Shown here: piece after piece, positions 43,236 to 54,057 of the stretch
How the letters are laid out: every line of letters begins with the position of its first letter
Numbering within the stretch: the first letter of the stretch is position 1
NCBI GenBank assembly: GCA_948468045.1
Contig: CAOKGO010000002.1
Coordinates: 13-64,012 of the forward strand
Source: an uncultured Clostridium sp.
Lineage (GTDB): Bacteria > Bacillota > Clostridia > TANB77 > CAG-508
Direction of reading: 5' to 3'
DNA: 64,000 nt
Notes under the pieces: model-generated
Databases searched by the model: none
Told to the model about the DNA's origin: nothing
Seen by the model: only the letters and a program-made list of their open reading frames with translations
Made by a program: the position numbers and the translations under genes

Positions 43236-46200
43236 ATGGAGGCTTCAAATACTATGAAAGATAAAATGAAAAAAATATTAAAAATTAGTATTTGTTTAAT
43301 TGTATTTCTAATATTAACATTAGGAGCTATTTATGCTACTAATGTTCTTTCATCAAAAGGAGAATTAAATGATGATGGTATCATAGATTATAAAGATGTT
43401 AATTTATTAGAAAGACATTTAATAAATTTGAGTATTTTGCCAGAAGAAAAAAGACAAAATGCAGATATGAATAGTGATGGACAAATAACTGTAACAGACT
43501 TATCTCTTTTAATTAAAAAGATAGAAAATAAAAGAGATTATACAGTAGAATTGCTAAATATAGATACAGAAAATTATTATCCAAAGAAGAATGAAAAAAT
43601 AGAAATTCAATTTGGAGCTAAAATAAACTATGATGATGTAGAAATAAAAAAAGCAATAATAAATAATCAAGAGTATACAGTAAAAAATGAGGGTGGAATA
43701 TATAAAATAGAACTAAATGTAGGAGAGCAATTTGGAAAGAAAGAGTATAATTTCACAAAAGTTATTTTAAATACAGGAGCAGAAGTAAAAATAGATAACA
43801 AATTTACTATCTGTGTTCTAAAAGAAACTCCTTATATAGAAGAAAGCAGTTATAAATTAGAAGAAACCTATGAAGGAAAAGCTTATATAAACTTTAATTT
43901 AGTTGATAATGATAATAGTATAACATCTGCACAATTAACAGTATATGAAGTTGGTGAAGAACAAACACAATCAGAAGATACAGAAACACAAATTGCACAA
44001 ACAAATATCAAAGCAGGAGAAAATAGAGAAGAAATAATAGTAGAAGATGGAAAAACTTACAGAGTAGAAATTTGTGTAGCTTATAATTCAGCACCAGATC
44101 CAATTGAAGGAAAAGACCATACAGACACTTCTCTTTTATATAGTAAAGAATTTACTATGGCATTAGACTATCAATTTAGTATAACTAATATCCATACCCA
44201 AAAGGATGGACATGAAAACAATCATTTTGCTAAAAAAGAAGCAATAGAAATAGCATTTAACAGTACCAACTTAGCTTATGAAAATACTAATAGTCCTAAC
44301 TTTGAGCCAAGTACAATTACAGTAAGTCAAAAAGAATATGAAGTAACTAAAGATGAAAATATGTACAAAGCAACTATTGATGGTTTAGAAAAAGTAGGAG
44401 AAAATACAATTGTAATAGAAAAAGTAAAACTAAAAAATGGAAAAGAATTCATATTAGGTTCAGGAAATACAGTAAATGTAACAATTGATGCTCAAAAACC
44501 AGTTGTATCTGAACTAAAAGCAGAAGAAAATGTACAAGAAAAAAATATAAAAGTAACATTCCACCTTGAAGATGAAGCAAAATCAATTCAATCAGCAAAA
44601 GTAGTACTTTATGATAGTGGGGAAAATGTTATAGCAAGTCAAGACATAACAACAGAAGAAATAGAAAATGGAAATGTGGAAAAAATCTTTAATACACAAA
44701 CAACAGATAGTTACATTATTAAAGTAATTGCAACTTATAAAGAAACAGAAGACCATATAATAACAGACAGTGTTTTATTTGAAAAAGTAGTTACTGCAAA
44801 TCGTTTTGCAACTATAAAAAAAGCAGTTGTAGAACCAATTAATACAGAAAAAAATAAAACAGTAAAAATTACATATGAAATAGAAACTAACAGTGAAAGT
44901 GAAGTTGCAAAAATCCGTGTCAATAACCTAGACTGTATTGCTACTAAAATAGCAGATGGAAGATATGAAATAATTGCAGAAGTAGGAGAAGAAGCAAAAG
45001 TATTAGAACTAATAGCTAGCAAAATCATTTTTGCTGACCAAACTGAAGCAATTGTAAAAAATACTGTAGAAGTAAATGTATTAAAAGATACACCAAAAAT
45101 TGAAGAAATTAAACAAGAAGACAATTTAGCTAAAAATCAAGTAACAGTTACCTTTACATTAGTAGATCCAGATAGTAGCTTTATCACAGGAAAAGTACAA
45201 TTATTAAAACCAGCAGTTGATGGGAATCCAGAACAACTAATTCAAGAACCAACTATTGAAAGAGATGGAGCACATGGAAGAGTACTTTTCGAAAATGTAG
45301 AAATTGACAAAGAATATACAGCAAGATTTATTGCAAACTATAATCGTTATCCAGAAGGTGACGAAAATATAGAAGAAAATCAAGTCATTCGAGAAGCAAA
45401 AATTATGCTAGTTGGTGACTATAACTTACAAGTAAGTGACATAAAAACAGCAAACAAAGAAAAAGACACAAAATATTTTGAGAAAAACGAAGAAATTACC
45501 CTAAGCTTTAATTGCACCAATGCAACCAGTTTCTTACCAGAAAAAGCAGTCATAAATGGAAGCGAATATAGTTTAACACGCACAGAAGGAACTAATATTT
45601 ACACAACTAAATTAGCAGGATTAGAAGAGAATGGTGTAAAAGAATACAAATTAGAAACCATTATATTAAACAATAAGAGATTTTTAGACGTAGAACCAGA
45701 ACAAAAAATAAAAATAGAAGTATTAAAAGAAAAACCAACCATTACCAGTTTTGGATACAAAGAAGACGAGACTGACAAAAATAAGGTGGTGGCAAGCTTT
45801 AACCTAAATGATATAGAAACAACTATCTCAAATGGAACCATTGTAATTTTAGATGACCATAAAAATGAAATCAAAACACAAAATTTAGTAGTAGGCAATA
45901 ATCAAATTACATTTGAAAAAATAGATAGTGAATACTATAACATTAAAGTAAAGGCTAATTATGACCTAGATACAAATGCTTTAGGAGCTGGAGAAAATGA
46001 ATACCAAGAACAAATATTATTACAAGAAGAAATTGATTTTACAGAACGAAAAATCCAACTAAAAGATATACAAGATGTAAGATTATACCATATATATTAT
46101 GGATTTCCAATGGAAGTAAAAAACATTGATAGTAATGAAATAATTGAAAATCCAGAAAATTATGTAGCAAAAGTAAAAATGAAAAATATGCCAGATATGC

Positions 46201-49200
46201 ATGCAAATATAAAATCTTGTAGAATTGAGCAAAGAAAAGTTATTTTAGAATTAGATGTAGAAAATACGATAATCTACAAAGGAGACGAAAGACAAGCAAA
46301 AGTAGAAGTACCTTTTGGTGTTATGGGAAATACAGGTTCTTATGTAAAAAATGAATCTTTTGAAGACTTACTTTATCAAATGAGACAATATCCAACAAAA
46401 ACCTTTAACCTAACCAAAGATTATGATGCTTCTGAATATGAAGTAGATTCCTTAACCTATTTTGGAGATGGCATGTTTGAAGGAACTATTAATGGAAATG
46501 GGCATACCATCTACAATTTACAAAAACCAATATTTAATGAAATAGAAAGAGCAACCATCAAAAACCTTGTGATAGAAAATGCTTATATAACAAGCAAAGT
46601 AGGTTCATGGCAAAAAGGATTTATTGCCAATGAAATTTACAGTAAAACAGTTGTTAGCAATGTCCACATCAAAAATTCAACTATTTCTACTTATAGCCAA
46701 TTCTATACATTTGGACCAATAGCAGGAAGATTAAGTGGTAGTAGAGTTGAAAAATGTAGTGTTACTAATCTATCCATAGTAGCACAAAGAGGAGCGGGTT
46801 CTAGAAGAGTAGGAGGAATTGTTGGTGAAATAGGATATGGTTCAACCATAGAAGACTGTTATGTAACAGGAGAAATTCAAGGCTCTTGGGAAGTAGGAGG
46901 AATTGTTGGTGGTGTTCAAGATTCTATGTATCAACAAAATACCATTAAACATTGTATTGCAAAAGTAAATATCAATGGAACGTCAGGACCAGGTAACGTA
47001 GGAGGAATTGCTGGAAATGCAAATGGTGCAGGAAGAATTAAACTAGTACAAAATATAAGTTTAGCGCAAGGAAGCAAATCTTATAAAACACATGGAAGTG
47101 CTATTACATTAGACCCAGATACCTTCAATTACGAAATGACAGAATCGAATTTAACAGCAAATGCCGAAAATTCAAGTGGACGAATTAAAGAATTTGCTAA
47201 AAATGAATTTAGTGGAGAATTCTGCAAAGAGCAAGCAGGATTTAGTGACCAAATTTGGAATTTAGACGATAAAAACTATGAAAATATACCAACTTTAAAA
47301 GGTTATGACCCAAATAACAAACAAGAAGGGGCAACGACAGGAAACTACATTCCAGATGTGGAAAGATTAAAGAAGATGCAAGACTATGACCCTAAAAAAG
47401 AAGTAGCCTATTCAAACCTATACAAACTAATGCCATTCTTTGACGCGAAATATTTGGTAGTAGACGGGGCAAGAATTAGTGAAGACGACGTATTAAATCA
47501 AAAACAAATCAAAACCATTTTACCATATAATGATAAAAATGAATTTGTGCTAACTCTTACCGAAGAAAACCATCAAAGTATAGACCATATCAATGTAGTA
47601 TTTACAGATGACACCACAAAGCAATACCAAGTGAAGTTTAAAAACATGAATAACCATGTGGTATCTTATAAATTAGAAGAACTAGGAATTGAATATAACT
47701 TTGACAAATATGTTATTAAACAAGATGCAGAAATTGTAAAAAAATTAGTGGACTACATTCTAACGTTAGATTATGACAGAGACTTAAAACCATTAGTAGC
47801 GCCAATCAACTTAGGAGACCGTATTTATAAAGACTTCTTTAATGAAACAATTAAAACAGAAGAAAGTGCAAAACAATTTGTTTTAAACTTTTTAGGAAAT
47901 GTAAATGGATATAGTTTAACAATAGATAATTCTATTTTAAACAATTATATTTATGATTATTTAACGAAAAGTACGAATAAGTTAAAACAATTTATGTTTG
48001 CTTATAACTATTATTCACGTTTTTATGGCTTTGAAGTTAGTAACATGAAAGTAAGTGATATTGTATTCTTTAAAGGAGAATTATACAATACAGGTGTAAA
48101 TACAAACAATTTAGTAAACTTATGTTTAGCAAGTACTTCATTAGGTACTCATGTTTCTTACTTATTCTATGAAGAAAGTTTAGGACCTTGTGTTGGCTTC
48201 ACAACAGTTAGTGATTTTGTGGAACATAACATTAAAATGTTTGCCAATAATCAAGACCCAAATGATTGGTTTGCAGAGAACTTTAATGGTATGTTAGTAG
48301 AAACATCAGCAAAAGGATATGAAGACAGTATTGATTATCGTGCTTGGACACAACTAAAGAAACAGAAAAAATTTATTTTACCAATGTTAACCTTACCAGA
48401 AGATTCAGGCTATATGATATCAGCACCAACGACATTTTTAGTAGGTTCTCAAAGGCTTTATATAAGAGAACCAGGAAATCAAGCACAAATTCAAAATTTA
48501 CAAAATTTAATGAAAAATTTTGCTAACCAAATTGGTGTATTTTATACCACAGCAGCAGGTTTTATCGAACCATCTATCTTTAATAAAGTATGTGACGTAT
48601 CAATTGATACAACGGTTTTACCTGTGTTAGGAGAACAGAAAAAAGGAAAATCAACGGATCCTTTCTGTAAAAACTTTAATGAATTATTAAATGAATGGTT
48701 TACCATAAGAGCAGTAGCAGCTTATTCTGGTTCCCAAAGAATTTACTATGTTGTTGATAATACATTAACAAGTTATGGGCGTACTTGGTCACATGAAACA
48801 GGTCATAACCAATGTAACTACTTATTCTTTAAGAGAAATGGATTTAGACCAGTCGGTGGATGTAACAATAATGATGGATCAGGAACAGAGGATTATACAG
48901 ATGGAAATACAACCCAAGGATTTGGAGATGGAGCCGTAAACTTTAACTTAAGTTATAATTATGATAGTAGTCAAGTAATTACTACAAACTTAACAACCGA
49001 AAGAATTAACTCTACAGAAAAAATAGAAAGTTATTATAAAAGAATGTTTGAAGCAATAGACTTTTTAGACTATGCAGAAGCAAAAGCATTTTTACAATTA
49101 ACACCAGAAGAACAAGCAAAAGTGGCAGTACAAATTTACTATCCAAATGCACCAGGAAATTATGCTAACGTAGGATGGAAACCAATTACCAAAGAAGAAT

Positions 49201-52200
49201 TTGAAGAAATGGACTTAAAAACAGTGGAAGACATCTATGATAATCAAATTACCATTAAACCAGGTGTAACTAAACCAGTTACACAAACGGGAGAACAAGG
49301 ATTATATGGTTCAGAGCATATGTATATAAGACGTTGGTATCAACCATATAATGAAAAAGGAAGAACCCATTCTTATGGATTTACTTACACATCATGGCAA
49401 ATGCTAGGAATTGGTGGATATGACGGAGGATATATAACCTACTTTAGTGGAAAGAGTAATAATGACTTAGATGCCATTAAAAAAGTAACCAAAGACCCAG
49501 ATATGACATGGAAGAAATTTAAAACTGGACGTTATCAATTAATGGAAAATAGTTGGAATACCATTCCATACTTAAATTCAGATGAATTAGTAGAAAAATA
49601 TGTAGATGCATTAAAACTAGATGCTTCAAACAATGATAGAAATGTTAGCAGTAGTACGAATGTTAGAAGAGTGAACTACCATTACTTAAAACGTGTAACC
49701 GATGACTTTAGAGCAGAAGTACTAAATGGAAATATCCAAAAAGTTCATATCAAAACGGCAGAAGAATTTAAACAAAAATTAACTGAAAATCCTCGTGCTT
49801 ACTATGTATTAGACAATGATATTGATTTCTCTGGCATAACAGAAGGAAATGCTATTGTCGATGGATACTTTATGGGTAAACTAGATGGGCAAGGACACAA
49901 ATTAACAGGAAATACAATTCCAATCTTTAATAACGTTAAATTTGCTTATATTTCTAACCTACAAGTAGAAAATAGTAATATAACCAGTAGTTTAATGAAT
50001 GTAGGAGCACTTGCTAAAACACTAGAATATAGCCAAATGGAAAATGTACAAGGTAAAAACATTACCATATCTGCTACCAATAAACAAGTTGGTGGATTAG
50101 TTGGTAGTATGGCATATAGTTTTGTAAAAAATGTACATGTAACAGGAAGTAATATAGTAGGAACAACAAGAGTTGGAGGAATTGCTGGATATGCTGGTCA
50201 AAGCCAAGTAGAAGAAAGTACTGTAAATGGAAAAGCACGTTCAACAGGAAATGCAGCAGGAGGACTAATAGGAGAAATTTATAGTAAAGCAATCATTAGA
50301 AATTGTTATACAATAGGAGAAGTACAAGGAAACCAAGATATTGGTGGATTAGTTGGCTATGTTAATACCTCTTATATTATCAACAGTTTTAGTTATACAA
50401 AAGCTACTGGAAATGCTGGTATAGCAAGCTTTGTAGGGCAAACAACAAGTAACTCTATCATAAAAAATAATATTACTCTAGTAAATCAAACAATAGGATA
50501 TAAATTTGATGGTAGAACAGCTACTGATAAATTTGCGAACTTTAGTGGAAACTATGAAAATAAATCAAATATAGGAAAATCAACAACAACAAGAGCAGGT
50601 ATTGACTTTACAGGAAAAATTACGCAAATAGATGGAACAGAAGTTAAGAAAGAAAGCTTCTATACCAATACCTTAACTTGGGATAACAACATTTGGGACT
50701 TTAGCAGAGTGGCAAGTGGTGGATTACCAAAACTAAAAAATGATGACCCAAATGATGTAGGAATAACAGGCGAAAGATATAGTATAACCAATGCAGAAGA
50801 ATTTGAAAGCCTATTAAAAGAACATAGAGAAGCAACATTTGTAATTGAGCAAGATATTGACTTATCTACTTTAGAAAGTACAACTACCATTATTGATGGT
50901 GTATTTATGGGAAGAATTGAAGGAAATAACCATACCTTAAGAGGAAACAAAGTACCAATTTTCCATACGGCTCGACATACCTATATTGAAAACTTGAAAA
51001 TAGAAGGAAGTAACATCAATAAAAATGAAACAGATGTAGGAGCACTTACTAAAATAGCAGATAATATAGAACTTAAAAATGTAATAGGAAAAGATATTAC
51101 AGTTACAAACAGAAGAGATGATACTGGTGGATTAATTGGTATTATGACATATGGTGACCTAGAAAATGTGCATATCATAGGAGGAAATGTAACAGGAATT
51201 AATCGTGTGGGAACACTTGCAGGATATGTTGGATATTCTAACATAAAGAAAAGTAGTAGTAATGGAACTGCTACTGGCACAGGTAATAATGTTGGTGGCT
51301 TTATGGGAGAAATTACCAATGGAACCATAGTTGAAAACTGTTATGCAAGAGGAACAGCGAAAGGAAATCAAAATGTAGGAGGATTTGTAGGACTATTAAG
51401 CAAGGCATCTACGGTAAGCAATTCTTTGAGTACAACAAAAGTAGATGGAACAGATAGCGTGGCAGGATTTGTAGGGCAATCGATTACCAATTCTATTGTT
51501 AAAAACAACATAGCATTAGGAAATCAAGCTAGACAGCACTATAAATTTGATGGTAAAACAGTTCAAGAACAATTAGAAAAATACGAAGGAAATTATGAAT
51601 ACGAAGGAAACAAAGGTATTGCTACTGCTACAAGAGAAGATATTGACTTTACAGGAAAAATAAGTGTAGCAAACAGACAAAATATAACAAGTAAAGACTT
51701 CTACACGAAAACTTTAGGCTGGAATGAGAACATTTGGGACTTTAGCACAATTTCATCTAATAAAACACCAACCTTGAAAAATAATGACCCAAATGAGAGC
51801 ATGGAAATTCATGTACCAGTTCATGCAATCCATACCGAAGAAGAATTCCAAACTTTAATAACACAATATCCAGATGAAAACTTTACATTAGAAAATGATA
51901 TTGACTTATCTAGCTTAAAAAGTACAACAACCATAATTAGTGGTGAATTCATAGGAGAAATAGATGGAAAAAATCATAGCTTAAAAGGAAATACTGTTCC
52001 AATCTTCCATACCATTCGTTATGCAAAACTTACTAATTTAAAATTAGAAGGAAGCAATATCAATAAAAATGAAACAGACGTAGGAGCATTTGCTAAAATA
52101 GCAGACAAAGTAGAAATCCGAAATCTAGTAGCAAAAGATATAACAGTAACTAATAAAAACAATAATACAGGTGGCTTAATTGGTACGATGACGGCTAGTA

Positions 52201-53915
52201 ATTTAGAAAATGTGCATATTATAGGAGGAAATATAACAGGAGCTGGTCGAGTAGGAATACTAGTTAGTTATGTAGGAACATCTCATATCAAAGCAAGTAG
52301 TAGTAATGGAATAATAGTAGCAACAGGATCAGCTTGTGGAGGATTGATAGGAGAAGCAATTAACAACACAATTATTGAAAATAGTTATTCTCTAGGAAAT
52401 GCTAAAGGAAATCAAGACATAGGAGGATTAGTTGGAATTTTAAGACAATCTAGTGTTATAAATTGTTTTAGTACATTAAAAGCACTTGGTAATGCAGGAG
52501 TTTCAGGATTTATAGGAAAAGCAGAGACAAATAGTATTGTTAAGAATAATATAGCATTAGGAAATCAAATGAAACAATATAAATTTGATGGAAGAACTGC
52601 AAATGACCAGTTTGAAGGTTTTGAAGGAAATTACGAATACGAAGAAAACACAGGAATTTCAACTTTAACAAGAGAGGGGATTGACTTTACAGGAAAAATA
52701 AGTGTAGCAACCAAACAAAATATTACCGATAGAGCATTTTATAGTAATACCTTAGGATTTGATACCGAAGTTTGGGATTTAAGCTATGTAAGCCAAGAAT
52801 GTATTCCAAAACTAAAGAATTGGGATCCAAATGAAAAAACACTAATCAATAAGATAGACACCTATCAAATACACTCAGCAGATGAATTTATAAGCTTAAT
52901 TAATGCCAATCCAGATGGCGTATTTGATATTCAAAATGACATAGACTTCTCAGGAAAAACATATACAATAGGAAGCACAGTAATACCAGTTTTCTATGGT
53001 GAAATCAGAGGAAATAACCATACAATAACAAACTTAACAAATGCAGCGTTATTTGGACAATTTGAGGGAAAAGTAGATGGTTTGAATATGGAAAACTACA
53101 GTTTTGGGGCAAAATGGAAAAATGGATTTGTCGATATGAGTATGAGTAACACTTTCAGAAGTAAAGTAGCAGCTTTTGCGCTAAAAGCATCTAATGCAAC
53201 ATTCACAAACATGAAATTTACGAATATGGTTGTGCTAGGAAATACGACAGTTGCTGTCATAGTGGCAGAAGATGAAAATTGTACTTATGAAAATATTGAT
53301 ATAAAACAAGCATATTTAAATGGTGGAAGTGCAAGAGGAAACCAAACTGCAGCTATGGTTGCTATTAAAGCAGGAGGAACCATTAAAAATTGTTATGCAC
53401 AAGGTGAACTATATGGAGGAGGACTACAAAATGGTGGAGTAGTATCCTTAACCAAAGGAGATGTTACCATTGAAAATGTAATAGCCAATATGCATGTAAG
53501 TTGTGCTTCAACTAACAATGCAGCAACTTGGGGTGGATTTGTTGCCAAAGTAGGAGATGGAAAATTAACAGTTAAAAATTCAGCTATGATTAATAAACTA
53601 GAACAAAATGGCAATCCAATTAACAAAATGATAGCAACTGTGACAGAAGGAGCAGTAGCAACTTTCCAAAATTGTTATGAAAACGCAGATGCTACAGGAA
53701 TAGCCAATAGTGATGGAAAAGGAATAAAAACAGCAACTAATGCAGAATTACTAACAAAAGATTTCTACACAAAAAAATTAATTTTAAATAGTAGTATTTG
53801 GGATTTAGAAAACATACAAGAAACAGATATAAGAAGTGTTGATAATAAAGTTGTAAAATTTATAACTTTTGGATTAAAACTTAGTAATATAGTCAAAAAT
53901 AATAGTATACATTGA
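43236..53915 (+). CDS. giant secreted protein, paralog of 32342..40270: N-terminal dockerin, Ig-like repeats, Zmp/M26-like metalloprotease and four C-terminal ~345-aa GLUG modules
   Basis: Dockerin loops NDDGIIDYKDVNLL and DMNSDGQITVTDLSLLI at about 43359..43523. HETGH at 48792..48806. LMPFFDAKYLVVDG region. Tandem modules start near 49740, 50771, 51815 and 52861. Confidence 0.8.
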   Translation: MEASNTMKDKMKKILKISICLIVFLILTLGAIYATNVLSSKGELNDDGIIDYKDVNLLERHLINLSILPEEKRQNADMNSDGQITVTDLSLLIKKIENKRDYTVELLNIDTENYYPKKNEKIEIQFGAKINYDDVEIKKAIINNQEYTVKNEGGIYKIELNVGEQFGKKEYNFTKVILNTGAEVKIDNKFTICVLKETPYIEESSYKLEETYEGKAYINFNLVDNDNSITSAQLTVYEVGEEQTQSEDTETQIAQTNIKAGENREEIIVEDGKTYRVEICVAYNSAPDPIEGKDHTDTSLLYSKEFTMALDYQFSITNIHTQKDGHENNHFAKKEAIEIAFNSTNLAYENTNSPNFEPSTITVSQKEYEVTKDENMYKATIDGLEKVGENTIVIEKVKLKNGKEFILGSGNTVNVTIDAQKPVVSELKAEENVQEKNIKVTFHLEDEAKSIQSAKVVLYDSGENVIASQDITTEEIENGNVEKIFNTQTTDSYIIKVIATYKETEDHIITDSVLFEKVVTANRFATIKKAVVEPINTEKNKTVKITYEIETNSESEVAKIRVNNLDCIATKIADGRYEIIAEVGEEAKVLELIASKIIFADQTEAIVKNTVEVNVLKDTPKIEEIKQEDNLAKNQVTVTFTLVDPDSSFITGKVQLLKPAVDGNPEQLIQEPTIERDGAHGRVLFENVEIDKEYTARFIANYNRYPEGDENIEENQVIREAKIMLVGDYNLQVSDIKTANKEKDTKYFEKNEEITLSFNCTNATSFLPEKAVINGSEYSLTRTEGTNIYTTKLAGLEENGVKEYKLETIILNNKRFLDVEPEQKIKIEVLKEKPTITSFGYKEDETDKNKVVASFNLNDIETTISNGTIVILDDHKNEIKTQNLVVGNNQITFEKIDSEYYNIKVKANYDLDTNALGAGENEYQEQILLQEEIDFTERKIQLKDIQDVRLYHIYYGFPMEVKNIDSNEIIENPENYVAKVKMKNMPDMHANIKSCRIEQRKVILELDVENTIIYKGDERQAKVEVPFGVMGNTGSYVKNESFEDLLYQMRQYPTKTFNLTKDYDASEYEVDSLTYFGDGMFEGTINGNGHTIYNLQKPIFNEIERATIKNLVIENAYITSKVGSWQKGFIANEIYSKTVVSNVHIKNSTISTYSQFYTFGPIAGRLSGSRVEKCSVTNLSIVAQRGAGSRRVGGIVGEIGYGSTIEDCYVTGEIQGSWEVGGIVGGVQDSMYQQNTIKHCIAKVNINGTSGPGNVGGIAGNANGAGRIKLVQNISLAQGSKSYKTHGSAITLDPDTFNYEMTESNLTANAENSSGRIKEFAKNEFSGEFCKEQAGFSDQIWNLDDKNYENIPTLKGYDPNNKQEGATTGNYIPDVERLKKMQDYDPKKEVAYSNLYKLMPFFDAKYLVVDGARISEDDVLNQKQIKTILPYNDKNEFVLTLTEENHQSIDHINVVFTDDTTKQYQVKFKNMNNHVVSYKLEELGIEYNFDKYVIKQDAEIVKKLVDYILTLDYDRDLKPLVAPINLGDRIYKDFFNETIKTEESAKQFVLNFLGNVNGYSLTIDNSILNNYIYDYLTKSTNKLKQFMFAYNYYSRFYGFEVSNMKVSDIVFFKGELYNTGVNTNNLVNLCLASTSLGTHVSYLFYEESLGPCVGFTTVSDFVEHNIKMFANNQDPNDWFAENFNGMLVETSAKGYEDSIDYRAWTQLKKQKKFILPMLTLPEDSGYMISAPTTFLVGSQRLYIREPGNQAQIQNLQNLMKNFANQIGVFYTTAAGFIEPSIFNKVCDVSIDTTVLPVLGEQKKGKSTDPFCKNFNELLNEWFTIRAVAAYSGSQRIYYVVDNTLTSYGRTWSHETGHNQCNYLFFKRNGFRPVGGCNNNDGSGTEDYTDGNTTQGFGDGAVNFNLSYNYDSSQVITTNLTTERINSTEKIESYYKRMFEAIDFLDYAEAKAFLQLTPEEQAKVAVQIYYPNAPGNYANVGWKPITKEEFEEMDLKTVEDIYDNQITIKPGVTKPVTQTGEQGLYGSEHMYIRRWYQPYNEKGRTHSYGFTYTSWQMLGIGGYDGGYITYFSGKSNNDLDAIKKVTKDPDMTWKKFKTGRYQLMENSWNTIPYLNSDELVEKYVDALKLDASNNDRNVSSSTNVRRVNYHYLKRVTDDFRAEVLNGNIQKVHIKTAEEFKQKLTENPRAYYVLDNDIDFSGITEGNAIVDGYFMGKLDGQGHKLTGNTIPIFNNVKFAYISNLQVENSNITSSLMNVGALAKTLEYSQMENVQGKNITISATNKQVGGLVGSMAYSFVKNVHVTGSNIVGTTRVGGIAGYAGQSQVEESTVNGKARSTGNAAGGLIGEIYSKAIIRNCYTIGEVQGNQDIGGLVGYVNTSYIINSFSYTKATGNAGIASFVGQTTSNSIIKNNITLVNQTIGYKFDGRTATDKFANFSGNYENKSNIGKSTTTRAGIDFTGKITQIDGTEVKKESFYTNTLTWDNNIWDFSRVASGGLPKLKNDDPNDVGITGERYSITNAEEFESLLKEHREATFVIEQDIDLSTLESTTTIIDGVFMGRIEGNNHTLRGNKVPIFHTARHTYIENLKIEGSNINKNETDVGALTKIADNIELKNVIGKDITVTNRRDDTGGLIGIMTYGDLENVHIIGGNVTGINRVGTLAGYVGYSNIKKSSSNGTATGTGNNVGGFMGEITNGTIVENCYARGTAKGNQNVGGFVGLLSKASTVSNSLSTTKVDGTDSVAGFVGQSITNSIVKNNIALGNQARQHYKFDGKTVQEQLEKYEGNYEYEGNKGIATATREDIDFTGKISVANRQNITSKDFYTKTLGWNENIWDFSTISSNKTPTLKNNDPNESMEIHVPVHAIHTEEEFQTLITQYPDENFTLENDIDLSSLKSTTTIISGEFIGEIDGKNHSLKGNTVPIFHTIRYAKLTNLKLEGSNINKNETDVGAFAKIADKVEIRNLVAKDITVTNKNNNTGGLIGTMTASNLENVHIIGGNITGAGRVGILVSYVGTSHIKASSSNGIIVATGSACGGLIGEAINNTIIENSYSLGNAKGNQDIGGLVGILRQSSVINCFSTLKALGNAGVSGFIGKAETNSIVKNNIALGNQMKQYKFDGRTANDQFEGFEGNYEYEENTGISTLTREGIDFTGKISVATKQNITDRAFYSNTLGFDTEVWDLSYVSQECIPKLKNWDPNEKTLINKIDTYQIHSADEFISLINANPDGVFDIQNDIDFSGKTYTIGSTVIPVFYGEIRGNNHTITNLTNAALFGQFEGKVDGLNMENYSFGAKWKNGFVDMSMSNTFRSKVAAFALKASNATFTNMKFTNMVVLGNTTVAVIVAEDENCTYENIDIKQAYLNGGSARGNQTAAMVAIKAGGTIKNCYAQGELYGGGLQNGGVVSLTKGDVTIENVIANMHVSCASTNNAATWGGFVAKVGDGKLTVKNSAMINKLEQNGNPINKMIATVTEGAVATFQNCYENADATGIANSDGKGIKTATNAELLTKDFYTKKLILNSSIWDLENIQETDIRSVDNKVVKFITFGLKLSNIVKNNSIH

Positions 53916-54057
53916 AAATAAGATTTTACATTAATAGTAATAATTGTAAAAAATAGGTAAAAAATAAGTCAGAGTTACGGTTGACCAATTACCAAAAATA
54001 TGTTATAATGGAAATGTTATGTATAATATAAAAATAAAGAAAGTGAGGAATTGATTT

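Noticed and set aside
32770-53626. Many 60-130-codon minus-strand ORFs lie inside the two giant genes (for example 34759..35073, 44735..45124 and 50981..51328).
   Set aside because: They lie antisense to long, clearly coding, repeat-structured ORFs and have no RBS. Their Ser/Phe/Leu/Ile-rich low-complexity translations are typical of the antisense of AT-rich genes.
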